Source: Acidobacteriota bacterium
GTDB taxonomy: Bacteria; Acidobacteriota; Terriglobia; 20CM-2-55-15
DNA length: 64,000 nucleotides
Reading direction: 5' to 3'
NCBI GenBank assembly: GCA_003223875.1
Contig: QHWY01000082.1
Coordinates: 1,369-65,368 of the forward strand
Below the pieces are notes generated by a model. The model worked only from the letters and a program-made list of their open reading frames with translations. It had not been told where the DNA came from and did no database searches. The translations under genes were made by a program, and so were the position numbers. Below, one piece after another: positions 1 to 9,941 of the stretch (the first letter of the stretch is position 1; the number at the start of each line of letters is the position of its first letter).

Positions 1-1248
1 CTGATCGCGATCCGGAACATCGAACAGTTACCGCCGTCGCATCATTTTTCCACCATTCTTAATGAACTGGAAAATCCGGAGTTGCTTTTGCTTTCTCTGC
101 TATTTCACGACATCGGCAAATCGCATCGCCACGACGAGGGCAATCATGTCCATCCGAGTACGGAAGGCGTAAAAGTTATCCTCGATCGGCTTGAAATCGC
201 GCCGGAACAGGCCGAGAAAGTTGTCTTTGTGGTCCAAAACCATTTGGAGATGTCGAAGATTATTTTGCGCCGCGACTTCAGTGACGAGCATGTGATTCAG
301 CAATTCGCCGACATGGTGGGGACCCCGGACAACCTTCGTATGCTCTGCCTGTTGACCTACGCCGATATGAAAGCAGTCAACAATGAAGTCGTCACACCGT
401 GGAAGGAGGATCTGCTCTGGCAACTGTACGTGGAGACATATAACCGTCTCACGCTGGGATTAGCCGACGATCAATATACTCAACAACAGGAATTGGAAAG
501 CGACATTCAAGCCATTACGAGCTTGCTTCCCAAGGGGACGCCGTCACAGCAGATCCGGGATTTTCTGGATGGATTCCCGCGACAGTATTTGAGAACGACG
601 CCGAAAAAGCAGATTGCCGACCATTTCCTGCTTTCCCGCAAGCTGGCCGATCGCCCGATGGTGATGCACTTGGCCAAGAATGGGGCCATCTACGACCTGC
701 TCGTGATGACCGCAGACCGGCCGGGGCTGTTTTCGAAAATGACAGGCGTGCTTTCCTTCTTTGGGATGAATATTATTCGCGCGCAGGCATTTTCGAACCG
801 GCACGGCACGATTTTCGATCTGATTTCATTCGAAGACCCAGATTCTTATTTCGAGAAGAATCCTTCCGAAGTCGATCACTTCGCGCAGGTTCTGAACGAT
901 GTTGTCGGCGGCCGCGTTCCATTGAACGAATTGCTCGATCGCAAGTTCAAGAGCGTTGTTTTCAAGCAGAAGAAGGGGCTCAGCGTTCCGACCGCCATTC
1001 ACTTCGATAACGATTTTTCGAAGCGATGCACGATCATGGAAATCGTGACGCAGGACGCATTCGGGCTACTCTATCGGATGGCATCCGTCATTTCCACTCA
1101 CGGCTGCAATATCGAAGTGGCCCTGATCACGACCGAAGGGCATCGCGCCATCGACGTCTTCTACATTACACAACAAGGCAAGAAGCTTTCGAAGGAATTG
1201 GAGTCGGAGCTCGAGATCGACCTCAATCGAGCGCTGGCGCCGACGTAA
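1..1248 (+). CDS. glnD: [Protein-PII] uridylyltransferase/uridylyl-removing enzyme GlnD, C-terminal part (gene begins upstream of the window)
   Basis: Frame 1 is open from base 1. HD-domain motif LLFHDIGK, then two ACT-like C-terminal repeats (LVMTADRPGLFSKMTG..., IMEIVTQDAFGLLYRMAS...). Clustered with glnB/glnE/glnA. Confidence 0.8.
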   Translation: MIAIRNIEQLPPSHHFSTILNELENPELLLLSLLFHDIGKSHRHDEGNHVHPSTEGVKVILDRLEIAPEQAEKVVFVVQNHLEMSKIILRRDFSDEHVIQQFADMVGTPDNLRMLCLLTYADMKAVNNEVVTPWKEDLLWQLYVETYNRLTLGLADDQYTQQQELESDIQAITSLLPKGTPSQQIRDFLDGFPRQYLRTTPKKQIADHFLLSRKLADRPMVMHLAKNGAIYDLLVMTADRPGLFSKMTGVLSFFGMNIIRAQAFSNRHGTIFDLISFEDPDSYFEKNPSEVDHFAQVLNDVVGGRVPLNELLDRKFKSVVFKQKKGLSVPTAIHFDNDFSKRCTIMEIVTQDAFGLLYRMASVISTHGCNIEVALITTEGHRAIDVFYITQQGKKLSKELESELEIDLNRALAPT

Positions 1249-1250
1249 CG

Positions 1251-1583
1251 TCAAACGACGTCGCGTTCACCAGTCCGAATGTTGTATCCCTGTTCGACAG
1301 GCAGGACAAAGACGCGGCCATCCCCGATCTCGCTGGTACGCGCAGTCTCGATGATTGTCTTGATCGTATCGTCAACTATCTCATCGTTAATGACCAGCTC
1401 GATCATAATCTTCGGCAGCAGCGTGACGCTGTACTCGGTTCCGCGGTATACCGCCTTGTGACCCTTCTGCCGCCCATGGCCGCGAACTTCAGTTACAGTC
1501 ATGCCGGCGATACTCAGTTTCGTTAAGGCGTCCTTCACCTCTTCCAGCTTGTTTGGCCGGATGATGGCTTTGATGAGTTTCAT
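1251..1583 (-). CDS. glnB: Nitrogen regulatory protein P-II
   Basis: MKLIKAIIRP... is a classic P-II. T-loop GRQKGHKAVYRGTEY keeps the uridylylatable Tyr51, and GDGRVFV is near the C-terminus. The track ORF starts two codons earlier (1589) at a non-ATG codon; the Met at 1583 is preferred. Confidence 0.95.
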   Translation of the reverse strand: MKLIKAIIRPNKLEEVKDALTKLSIAGMTVTEVRGHGRQKGHKAVYRGTEYSVTLLPKIMIELVINDEIVDDTIKTIIETARTSEIGDGRVFVLPVEQGYNIRTGERDVV

Positions 1584-1632
1584 AGACAATGCGATTATAT
1601 CAGGTTAGAGGGCTGTCTCCCAGAGTCTACGC

Positions 1633-4125
1633 ATGATGATTTCCCGTGATGATTCGCCTTTCCTTGCGGACCTTCTTACGGGCCATCCTGATTACGAGGC
1701 TTGGCTTTCAAATGAATTAAGAACCGCTCGCAAGAGGTCTGGCGAGGAATTTTTGGATGCCGCACGAAGCGCTGCCGCGTCGGGACTGGCCGATTTGCAC
1801 CGATTTCAAATGCGGGAAGTCTTGCGAATCGGGGCACGCGACCTTTCCGGCGAGGTGCACATGCGCGATATCACGAATGAACTGTCGTGGCTCGCCGACG
1901 CTATCATCCAAATGGTGCTCGAATTTGCACGGCGCGAGATCGAGGAAAAATATGGACCCGGAGAAGACCAGTTTGCGGTTATTGGTGTCGGCAAGCTGGG
2001 AGGCGAGGAACTGAATTTTAGCTCGGATATCGACATCATCTACATCTTTTCCGATGCCGCCTCGAGCCAGCGTTCGAGCCGGCTCGCACGCCGGATTACA
2101 GAAATCCTGACGGAACCTACTAGTGAAGGTACCTTTTACCGCGTCGATCTGCGGCTGAGACCGGAAGGAAGCCGCGGCGAGATCGCCCTACCTTTGCGCA
2201 TGCTTCAGACTTATTACGACTCGTGGGGCGAAACCTTCGAGCGTCTTGCCCTTACAAAGGCTCGCCTTGTGGCAGGGAGTTTGGAGCTGGGTAAACGGTT
2301 TATCGACTTGATAACACCTTTTGTCTATCGAAAGTACCTCGATTTTGCAGCAATCGACGAGGTTCGCGATATCAAAGTCCGCATCGATGAACAAGTCGGG
2401 AAATCTGTTGGACTCGAACGTCATGTGAAGTTGGGCCGCGGTGGAATTCGCGAGATTGAGTTTTTTGTACAGGCACTGCAGGTGTTGTACGGCGGCGAGC
2501 AACGCGCGATTCGAACGCGGTCCACGCTTGACGCGTTGGAGCGGTTGCAGAGCACGGGCATTATTGATCCTGAGGTTGCCGGCCAATTGAGCGAAGCCTA
2601 CGTCTTTCTCCGCAATCTCGAACATAAATTGCAAATTGTTCATCATCTTCAGACCCACGAAATTCCAAAGGATCTCTTAGAATTGGGGAAATGTGCGCGC
2701 CGGATGCGCATGACGATCGACGAATTCCAGACAACATTGAAAAAGCACCGCTCGGCGGTACAGCGAATCTTTCAGGATCTGTTTGGAGCGAAGGCCACGC
2801 TAGATGGCGGGATTCCAGGATCTGTCCACCGCTTTGTTAATGAACAGATGGATCGCGAGGCGGGCATCAACTGGCTGGCGTCGTTGCATTTCGAAGACCC
2901 GCCGCAGTCGCTTCACAACCTCGAATTATTGCGGGATGCACCGGCATTCAGCCATTCGCCCACCCGCATGAAAAATCTGCTATCGAATGTTCTGACGCTT
3001 CTTCTCGAAAATATGGCCGGGTTGATCCGGCGCGATGCGGTTTTGAACCGGTTCGAAACCATTGTACGGGGAGTGGGAGCCCGCGAAGCTTTTTACAGGT
3101 CTCTGCTGGAAAACCCAAAATCGATCTACCGGCTGTCGCGAGTCCTAGCCCTATCCGAATACCTTTCCGACATCCTTCTTGAATCGCCTGAAGCCATCGA
3201 CTTTCTGATCGACGAATCGAGATTCGAACAACGGCCGCGCAATCCATTTCCGGCTCGGGATAGGAGGCTACAGGAGTTCTACATTGGCGCGCAGTACTTC
3301 TTTGGCAGTATCTCCCGCCGCCATGCGAGCCGCGTGCTAAGCCGGTTCGCCGAACGAGAACTGAAAAGACGCATTTCGGATGGTTCAGTCGTGGCTATTT
3401 TCGCAGCGGGTAAATTTGGTGAACGCGAGAGCGGTTTTCGATCGGATCTGGATGTGATTGCGTTTCATGAGGGAGACTACGACACGGCGGCGAATATTGT
3501 CGAAAGCCTGGTGGAGGAAATGGCGCCCCAGTTCAAACTGGATTTGCGCTTGCGGCCCGAAGGCAAAAAGGGTTCGCTGGTGTGGAATCCTGTCCGTTAT
3601 CGTGAATACCTGCAGGATCGCGGCGAGACGTGGGAACGCATGGCGCTGACAAAAGCACGGTTCGTTGCCGGCAATTGGGCATTGGGTACGACCATAGAGC
3701 GTCTCATTTCGGAGTTCGTCTATGGGCGGCCGTTTGGGAAAGACCAGATTACAGAAATGAATGCGATTCGTGCGCGAATGGAAAACGAGTTAGCCAAAGA
3801 AACCAGTGATACATGGGACCTCAAGCTCGGCCGGGGCGGGCTGGTGGACATCGAATTCATGGTCGAGTACCGGCAGATCCAGAAGAACGTGCGTATACCC
3901 AATACGATCGCCGCAATGAAGGCGCTTCGCATGGATTTAGCGCAGGAATATGAGTTCCTGCGCGATACCGAATGCATGCTGCGTTTGTGGTCGGCTCTGG
4001 CGAGCACGCGATTCGAAAGAAAAGATCTGGACGCGCTCAGCCAGATGTTGCACTTGCGGGATTTTTTGGAGGACTACCGGCGCATTACCGAAGCCGTGCG
4101 GAGGCGGTTCAAGAAGAATTCATAG
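1633..4125 (+). CDS. glnE: Glutamine synthetase adenylyltransferase/adenylyl-removing enzyme GlnE
   Basis: 830 aa with two tandem GlnE nucleotidyltransferase halves (GKLGGEELNFSSDIDIIYIF...YRVDLRLRPEGSRG and AAGKFGERESGFRSDLDVIAF...KLDLRLRPEGKKG). Confidence 0.9.
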   Translation: MMISRDDSPFLADLLTGHPDYEAWLSNELRTARKRSGEEFLDAARSAAASGLADLHRFQMREVLRIGARDLSGEVHMRDITNELSWLADAIIQMVLEFARREIEEKYGPGEDQFAVIGVGKLGGEELNFSSDIDIIYIFSDAASSQRSSRLARRITEILTEPTSEGTFYRVDLRLRPEGSRGEIALPLRMLQTYYDSWGETFERLALTKARLVAGSLELGKRFIDLITPFVYRKYLDFAAIDEVRDIKVRIDEQVGKSVGLERHVKLGRGGIREIEFFVQALQVLYGGEQRAIRTRSTLDALERLQSTGIIDPEVAGQLSEAYVFLRNLEHKLQIVHHLQTHEIPKDLLELGKCARRMRMTIDEFQTTLKKHRSAVQRIFQDLFGAKATLDGGIPGSVHRFVNEQMDREAGINWLASLHFEDPPQSLHNLELLRDAPAFSHSPTRMKNLLSNVLTLLLENMAGLIRRDAVLNRFETIVRGVGAREAFYRSLLENPKSIYRLSRVLALSEYLSDILLESPEAIDFLIDESRFEQRPRNPFPARDRRLQEFYIGAQYFFGSISRRHASRVLSRFAERELKRRISDGSVVAIFAAGKFGERESGFRSDLDVIAFHEGDYDTAANIVESLVEEMAPQFKLDLRLRPEGKKGSLVWNPVRYREYLQDRGETWERMALTKARFVAGNWALGTTIERLISEFVYGRPFGKDQITEMNAIRARMENELAKETSDTWDLKLGRGGLVDIEFMVEYRQIQKNVRIPNTIAAMKALRMDLAQEYEFLRDTECMLRLWSALASTRFERKDLDALSQMLHLRDFLEDYRRITEAVRRRFKKNS

Positions 4126-4126
4126 C

Positions 4127-4233
4127 ATTCCCCTCCTCGCAGAGGAGGGGAGGCACGACAGCTTAATAGAAGCTGTCGCGCCACTCCGTCTCCGCCTTCG
4201 GCGCATCCACCCCTGCTCTGCGAGGAGGGGAAT
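4127..4233. repeat. Family-A palindromic MITE/REP-like element, copy 1 (107 bp)
   Basis: Starts ATTCCCCTCCTCGCAGAGGAGGGG and ends CCCCTGCTCTGCGAGGAGGGGAAT, so the termini are an inverted pair and each is itself a hairpin. Fills the convergent gap between glnE and glnA. Confidence 0.9.
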
Positions 4234-4243
4234 TATTCTTTAT

Positions 4244-5659
4244 CTAAATGTCGTAATACAGCGCGAACTCATACGGATGCGGCCGCAGACGGACCGCATC
4301 CACTTCCTTCAGACGCTTGTATTCCAGCCAGGTTTCAATCACGTCTTTCGTGAAGACATCACCTTTCAAGAGGTACGCGTAATCGCCCTCGAGAGAATTC
4401 AAGACCTCTTCAAGACTGCCCGGCGTCGATTGAATCTTTTCCTTCTCATGCGGCTCGAGATCGTACAAATCCTTGTCGATCGGATCCGGCGGTACGATCT
4501 TGTTCTGAATGCCATCCAGACCCGCCATCAGCATTGCCGAGAACGCGAGGTACGCGTTGCATGAGTTATCGGGACAACGGAACTCGAGGCGCTTCGCCTT
4601 TTCGCTCTTCGAATACATCGGAATCCGGACGCAAGCGCTGCGGTTGCGTTGGGAATAGATCAGATTGATCGGTGCTTCGTAGCCCGGAACCAGGCGCCGA
4701 TAAGAATTCGTAGTCGGAGCCGCGAACGCCAAAATCGACGGAGCGTGTTTCAGCAGACCGCCGATGTAATATTTGCAGGTCTGGCTGATACCCGCGTAAC
4801 CGCCCGCCTCGTAGAACTGATTCTTTTCGCTTTTCCAAATGCTCTGATGGCAGTGCATTCCGGAGCCGTTGTCCTGGAAGAGCGGCTTGGGCATAAAACA
4901 GGCAGTCTTTCCGCGGCGGCGGGCGACCATCTTCGTGACGTATTTGTACATCTGAAGCTTGTCTGCCATTCGCGTCAACTTGTCGAAGCGCATATCGATT
5001 TCGGCCTGGCCGGCTGTGGCTACTTCATGGTGGTGCACCTCTATCTGTACGCCGATGCTCTCGAGTGTGAGAACGATTTCGGATCGGATGTCTTGGAAAT
5101 GATCCGTCGGCGGTACGGGGAAATATCCCTCCTTGTAGCGAGGCTTATAGCCGAGGTTTGGATTCTCCTCTTTTCCGGAATTCCAAACGCCGGCCTTCGA
5201 ATCGATGTAGTAGAAACCGTAGTTGACGCTTTGGTCGAATCGGATGTCGTCGAAAATGAAAAACTCAGGCTCCGGGCCGAAGTAGATGGTGTCGCCAATC
5301 CCCGTTGTCTGGAGATATTTCTCAGCCTTTTGCGCCACGTAACGCGGATCACGCGAGTAGGCCTGGCCCGTAATCGGGTCTCTCACATTGCAGATAATGT
5401 CCAACGTCGGGACTTCGGTGAAAGGATCCAAGAAGGTGGCATTCGGATCCGGAATGAGGAGCATGTCGCTCTCTTGGATCTTTTGAAAGCCGCGGATGCT
5501 GGAACCGTCAAAACCTAAGCCATCTTGAAAGATGTCCTCAATCAATTCCCCGGTGGTAATTGAAAAGTGCTGCCATATACCCGGAAGATCGATGAAGCGA
5601 AGATCAACAATCTTCACGCCCTTTTCGCGGGCAAATTCGACAACCTGTTTCGGTGTCAT
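4244..5659 (-). CDS. glnA: Glutamine synthetase type I
   Basis: 471 aa. GS-I motifs [35 protein letters not shown]; adenylylation loop DKDLYDLEP with the conserved Tyr. Confidence 0.97.
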   Translation of the reverse strand: MTPKQVVEFAREKGVKIVDLRFIDLPGIWQHFSITTGELIEDIFQDGLGFDGSSIRGFQKIQESDMLLIPDPNATFLDPFTEVPTLDIICNVRDPITGQAYSRDPRYVAQKAEKYLQTTGIGDTIYFGPEPEFFIFDDIRFDQSVNYGFYYIDSKAGVWNSGKEENPNLGYKPRYKEGYFPVPPTDHFQDIRSEIVLTLESIGVQIEVHHHEVATAGQAEIDMRFDKLTRMADKLQMYKYVTKMVARRRGKTACFMPKPLFQDNGSGMHCHQSIWKSEKNQFYEAGGYAGISQTCKYYIGGLLKHAPSILAFAAPTTNSYRRLVPGYEAPINLIYSQRNRSACVRIPMYSKSEKAKRLEFRCPDNSCNAYLAFSAMLMAGLDGIQNKIVPPDPIDKDLYDLEPHEKEKIQSTPGSLEEVLNSLEGDYAYLLKGDVFTKDVIETWLEYKRLKEVDAVRLRPHPYEFALYYDI

Positions 5660-5782
5660 GCGTGGAAACCTCCCTTTCTTGCAGAAACCCGGATTTATTG
5701 TGTTTTATTGAGTCCGTGGTAAAGAAATTAGCGAAGACAAGCCCAACATTTTGCCATCTTCTAAATTCGAAATCGACGAAAT

Positions 5783-5820
5783 AAAAAAAGCCTTCGACCC
5801 CTGATTTCGGAATCGAAGAC
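5783..5820 (-). terminator. Terminator-like hairpin plus U-run in the glnA upstream region
   Basis: The minus strand reads GTCTTCGA-N15-TCGAAGGC followed by TTTTTTT (8-bp stem with one G-U pair). It lies about 125-160 nt upstream of the glnA ATG. The large loop and unknown function keep confidence low. Confidence 0.3.
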
Positions 5821-5912
5821 TTTCGTAGTCGTTACTCCGGCACTTCGTTGTGCCGAGGTTCATGCTTTATAACTCAGAAATTTCTTTGCTGTCTACCGGA
5901 AAGTAGACGGCC

Positions 5913-6088
5913 ATTCCCCTCCTCGCAGAGGAGGGGTGGCGCGAAGCGCCGGGGTGGTCAACTCGGCCACAATTTTTCGCGCCTAACTGACCACTCCGTC
6001 TGCGCCTTCGCTTTGCTCGGCGCAGCCTCTATTCAGGCTTCGCCCTATCGGGCTCGCGCTTCGCGCCCTCCTCTACGAGGAGAGGAAT
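5913..6088. repeat. Family-A palindromic element, copy 2 (176 bp)
   Basis: ATTCCCCTCCTCGCAGAGGAGGGGTGGCGCG...CGCGCCCTCCTCTACGAGGAGAGGAAT. Shares internal modules with copies 3-6. Confidence 0.9.
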
Positions 6089-6216
6089 GTAAGGGCAAAT
6101 TTACCGGTCCATTGAATGCCTGTCACGTGGTACACTCACATAGTTAGTCGCCCGATACGGATCCGTCTCGATGCATTGCCTCAGACTTAGGCCATTGGAT
6201 CCCCCCAAACCTTAGA

Positions 6217-6825
6217 TTGATGAACTTTGAAGCGATATCAGCTTGGCTTAGAAATACCCTGCTGCCTTACGGTGGATTCGGCCTTATGGCTTTGGCGGTG
6301 TGCGATTCATCATTCGTTTCGTTGCCTGAAGTTAACGACGTATTACTGATGACATTCGCCATTAATGAACCGGATAGTATGGTGAAATTCGCCCTATTGA
6401 CGACTCTGGGATCCGTTATTGGTTGTGCGCTTTTGTACGCAGTGGGCCGAAAGGGAGGCGAGGCTTTCCTCCGCAGGAGCTTCGCCGATGAGAGGGTAGC
6501 GAAAGTCCAAAGCTGGTATCGGAGGCATGGTGTGCTGGCAGTGATCGTACCGTCGCTGCTTCCACCGCCGACACCGTTCAAAATATTCGTCCTCTCAGCG
6601 GGAACTTTTGGGATCTCGTGGCCGAAATTTCTGACAGCCGTCATCATTGGACGGGGTATTCGATATTTTTCAGAAGGACTTCTGGCGGTCATCTATGGGC
6701 CGGCGGCAATTGATTTTGTTCAGGACAACTACGGCATAGTCGGAATTGGGCTGGCAATATTGATTGTCGCGAGCGCAATCATATTTTTTTTTACAAGACG
6801 TCGAGTCCGAAGTAGTGAAGCGTGA
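6217..6825 (+). CDS. YqaA/DedA-family integral membrane protein
   Basis: 202 aa and multi-TM. Shows DedA/SNARE-associated patterns: LPEVNDVLLM, GRKGGEAFLRR, WYRRHGVLAVIVPSLLPPPTPFKIFVLSAG. Confidence 0.7.
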   Translation: MMNFEAISAWLRNTLLPYGGFGLMALAVCDSSFVSLPEVNDVLLMTFAINEPDSMVKFALLTTLGSVIGCALLYAVGRKGGEAFLRRSFADERVAKVQSWYRRHGVLAVIVPSLLPPPTPFKIFVLSAGTFGISWPKFLTAVIIGRGIRYFSEGLLAVIYGPAAIDFVQDNYGIVGIGLAILIVASAIIFFFTRRRVRSSEA

Positions 6826-7691
6826 GAAAACGAATAATTTTAAAAGTCCAGGTTTTGTTCATACTATTCCTGCTGGTTCCAGCCAGCTGCATTTCTAGAA
6901 AGCGTGTTGTTCCCGAAGAGCAGCGCTTGTTTCCAGCCCAAACCGCGACTCGCACCGAGTTGTTTCAAGAGCTGGAGGTCAAGAGCAACTCCGTTCAGAC
7001 GCTGCAGGGGACGATCTCTTTAGATCTTTCGGGAGGCGGCGCAAAGTCCGGCGTGTTGACGGAATATCATCAGACAACGGGCTATGTGGTCGTCGACCGG
7101 CCGCGGCACATCCGTTTCAAAGTTGTGGCGCCGATCGTACTGTCTACAATAGCTGATATGGTGTCGGACGGCCGGCAGTATCGGGTGTCGATTCCCGTCA
7201 AGAACCAGTTTCTGGTCGGAGACGTGAATGGGCCCGCGAATTCCAAGACCGCGTTGGCAAACTTGCGTCCGCAGCATCTCTTGGACGGTCTTTTCGTGGA
7301 CGTGCGGCCATATTTGAATAAACCGCAGGTGAAGTCGGTCCTCGAGGAAACCGTTCAGGGCCGCCGTAGTTACTACGTGTTCAGCTTCATCAACACTGGC
7401 GGTCCTGAAGCGCAGTTGATCGAGAAACTGTGGATTGACCGGACGGATATGCGAGTATCGCGGAAACAAGTATTCGCGAAAGACGGACGACTCGAAACCG
7501 ACGTCGAGTACTTGAACTATCAATCCAATGGCGCCGAATCATTTCCTCAAACCGTCGTCATTCAGCGTCCCGTCGAAGAATATACCGTGAAGATGACGTT
7601 TCAGAAGACGACGCTCAACCAGAAATTGACCGACGACGCCTTCAACTTGGAGCGTCCACAGGGTGCCGAGCTTGTACAACTCACTCCCTAA
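6822..7691 (+). CDS. Secreted putative lipoprotein of unknown function (LolB/DUF4292-like candidate, from context only)
   Basis: 289 aa. Signal peptide ends in a lipobox-like VPAS|C. Overlaps the upstream stop by 4 bp and lies 10 bp upstream of the ABC permease gene. Confidence 0.45.
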   Translation: MRKRIILKVQVLFILFLLVPASCISRKRVVPEEQRLFPAQTATRTELFQELEVKSNSVQTLQGTISLDLSGGGAKSGVLTEYHQTTGYVVVDRPRHIRFKVVAPIVLSTIADMVSDGRQYRVSIPVKNQFLVGDVNGPANSKTALANLRPQHLLDGLFVDVRPYLNKPQVKSVLEETVQGRRSYYVFSFINTGGPEAQLIEKLWIDRTDMRVSRKQVFAKDGRLETDVEYLNYQSNGAESFPQTVVIQRPVEEYTVKMTFQKTTLNQKLTDDAFNLERPQGAELVQLTP

Positions 7692-7700
7692 GAGAATTTA

Positions 7701-8807
7701 TTGGATATGAACAAACAAATGATCATTGCGGGTCTTAAAGCACGGCCCGTACGGACCACTGTCAGCATTCTTGCTGTTGCACTTGAAGTGGTCCTCATCC
7801 TCGTCGTCGTGGGGTTGACTACCGGCATTTCCGACGAGACCGGAAGACGCACCGAAGGTGTTGGCGCCGACATCCTTTTGCAGCCGCCGAATTCATCGCT
7901 GTTCCTTGCGCTGAGCAATACGACCATGCCGATCGCGCTTCGCGACAAAGTACGTGAACTGCCCGGGATCAAAGCCGTTTCCCCCGTACAGACGCTGGTC
8001 AATTCATCGTCGGGCCTGGAGATCATTTACGGAATCGAGCCCGACACGTTCAATGCCGTCAGCAATGGCTTTATTTGGCATAGGGGCCGGCTATTCAACT
8101 CGCCCGATGAGGTTGTGGTCGATGATATTTATGCAAAATCCAAAGGCGTAACCGTGGGCGACTCCGTCGAGCTTCTGAACCACAAGTTCAAGGTGTCGGG
8201 CATCGTCGAACACGGTAAGGGTGCCCGGCTGTTCGTTTCATTGAAGACAGCTCAAGAGATGACAGGGCAGAACGGTAAGGCGTCGATGTTTTTCATCAAA
8301 TTGGACGATCCTGACCGCGTCGAAACTACCATTGCGGAAATCAAACGACTTCTCGAAGGTTACGGCGTGATTCCTCTTCGGGAATACGCTAGGCTGATGA
8401 TGTCGAACAACATGCCGGCATTGGACGCATTTATATCCAGCGTCGTGTTCATTGCGTTGTGCATCGGAGTGCTGGTGATTTTCCTTTCGATGTACACAAC
8501 AATCACGGAGCGTACCCGCGAGATCGGTATTCTGCGATCCTTGGGCGCTTCCAAGAAATTCATTGTCACGTTGATTTTCCAGGAATCGGCGGCCATTTGC
8601 GGCGTGGGTGCCCTGATTGGAATTGGATCGAGTTTCGTGATCGCCAGAACCATAATGGCGGTGTTTCCGACGTTGACGGTCTTGATTACACCGGATTGGA
8701 TAGGCAAGGCAGTGGTATTTGCGGTCTTGAGCGGCATCATCGGGTCGCTGTATCCTTCCCTCAAGGCGGCAAAGCAGGATCCAGTCGAAGCTCTCGCGTA
8801 TGAGTAG
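7701..8807 (+). CDS. ABC transporter permease, MacB/LolCE (FtsX-type) family
   Basis: 368 aa: N-terminal TM helix, large periplasmic domain, C-terminal FtsX-type bundle (TERTREIGILRSLGASKKFI...). Confidence 0.85.
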   Translation: MDMNKQMIIAGLKARPVRTTVSILAVALEVVLILVVVGLTTGISDETGRRTEGVGADILLQPPNSSLFLALSNTTMPIALRDKVRELPGIKAVSPVQTLVNSSSGLEIIYGIEPDTFNAVSNGFIWHRGRLFNSPDEVVVDDIYAKSKGVTVGDSVELLNHKFKVSGIVEHGKGARLFVSLKTAQEMTGQNGKASMFFIKLDDPDRVETTIAEIKRLLEGYGVIPLREYARLMMSNNMPALDAFISSVVFIALCIGVLVIFLSMYTTITERTREIGILRSLGASKKFIVTLIFQESAAICGVGALIGIGSSFVIARTIMAVFPTLTVLITPDWIGKAVVFAVLSGIIGSLYPSLKAAKQDPVEALAYE

Positions 8808-8845
8808 TGTTTGTGGTAGAAATTTGTTAGTTTTGGACTTAATAA

Positions 8846-9586
8846 ATGAAAAGTTTGCTCGAAACAGCCGATCTTCGTAAGACCTATACGGTCGGCAAAA
8901 TTGAAATCGAGGCGCTTCGTGGCGTGGACCTTCGAATTCGAGAAGGTGAACTCGTCGCCGTCATGGGCCCGTCAGGGTGCGGCAAATCCACATTGATGCA
9001 TGTTCTTGGCGCGATGACGAAGCCGACCGCAGGCAAGGTGTTCATTGACGGCCAAGAAATTTCGGGCATGAGCGACAGCGAACTCACCGGAATTCGAAGG
9101 GACAAAATCGGTTTCGTGTTCCAGAAGTTCAACCTGCTGCCAACGTTGACGGCTCGTGGCAACATTGAGATCGCCCGTTATATTCATGGAAAAGGCGTTG
9201 CCTCGAATGGTCATGACCAACATTTACGCGAGATCCTTCAACTGCTGATGATTGAGGGCAAGATGGAACGTAAGCCCTCCGAGCTTTCCGGCGGCGAGCA
9301 GCAACGCGTCGCCATCGCCCGAGCTGTCGCTAATAAACCCGCCATTCTGCTTGCGGACGAGCCCACGGGCAGCTTGGATTCGAAAAATTCCGAAGTCGTC
9401 TTGAATATGTTCCGGGAATTGAATCGCAGATTTAAACAGACCATTATTTTGGTCACACATAACCCCGAACTGGTTGCTTTCACCGACCGGCTCATTGAAA
9501 TGCGCGACGGCGTCATTGTGAGCGACAACGATTCTTTGTCCTGGGACACTGAGAACGAACTGGCACAGCCTGCGCGCAGCGTATGA
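8846..9586 (+). CDS. ABC transporter ATP-binding protein, MacB/LolD type
   Basis: Walker [10 protein letters not shown], signature [14 protein letters not shown], Walker [14 protein letters not shown]-loop VTHN. Confidence 0.95.
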   Translation: MKSLLETADLRKTYTVGKIEIEALRGVDLRIREGELVAVMGPSGCGKSTLMHVLGAMTKPTAGKVFIDGQEISGMSDSELTGIRRDKIGFVFQKFNLLPTLTARGNIEIARYIHGKGVASNGHDQHLREILQLLMIEGKMERKPSELSGGEQQRVAIARAVANKPAILLADEPTGSLDSKNSEVVLNMFRELNRRFKQTIILVTHNPELVAFTDRLIEMRDGVIVSDNDSLSWDTENELAQPARSV

Positions 9587-9604
9587 CGCGTTTTATCGCG
9601 GTGT

Positions 9605-9931
9605 ATGAAGCGTTTTCTATTATGGTCGTTTGAGCGGGGATCCATTCAATACGATGTGATCTGCGTCGTCATTCTCGCCTTTATCTTCATCACGCCGCCC
9701 GCTGCCTTCAATGACCGTCCGGATTTCATGCGAATCCCCGATGATCAAGCCATTCGCCAAACAAGCGATGATGACGGTCATACCGTTTTCACCGTCAAAG
9801 TAAACACGGAGCAAGCTGCTGTGGATCGTCTGAAAACCATGCTGGGTAAGCCCGTCACGATCTCGCGCGCAGAGCCTGTCTACGACGCGACGGGAGCGCT
9901 CGTCGCGTATTCGATTTGGATTGAAAGGTAA
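9605..9931 (+). CDS. Hypothetical small membrane-anchored protein
   Basis: 108 aa with a single N-terminal TM helix (VICVVILAFIFITPPAAF). No family recognised. Tightly packed between the ABC ATPase and the LolA-like gene. Confidence 0.5.
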   Translation: MKRFLLWSFERGSIQYDVICVVILAFIFITPPAAFNDRPDFMRIPDDQAIRQTSDDDGHTVFTVKVNTEQAAVDRLKTMLGKPVTISRAEPVYDATGALVAYSIWIER

Positions 9932-9941
9932 TTCCTTCAAA

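Noticed and set aside
4649-5518. Long antisense or overlapping ORFs (4649..5518, 20692..21537, 46771..47766, 53211..54050, 58594..59433, 61410..62132, 62368..62994, 40840..41430, 23014..23547, 49108..49701 and similar)
   Set aside because: Each lies opposite or out of frame to a confidently identified gene. They have Arg/Gly/Pro-rich low-complexity composition typical of GC-rich shadow frames.
5725-5745. Sigma-54 promoter upstream of glnA (minus-strand TGGCAAAATGTTGGGC)
   Set aside because: The GG-to-GC spacing is off by one and the -12 element is TGGGC rather than TTGC. This is not supportable without a scoring matrix.
5848-6147. ORFs encoding FPSSQRRGG- or PLLCEEGN-type peptides (5848..6147, 3972..4166, 23876..24097, 26504..26713, 26556..26831, 26639..26827, 26673..26897, 36067..36324, 36148..36360)
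   Set aside because: All lie inside family-A repeat copies and are repeat translations. The similar peptides reflect DNA repeat identity, not a protein family.
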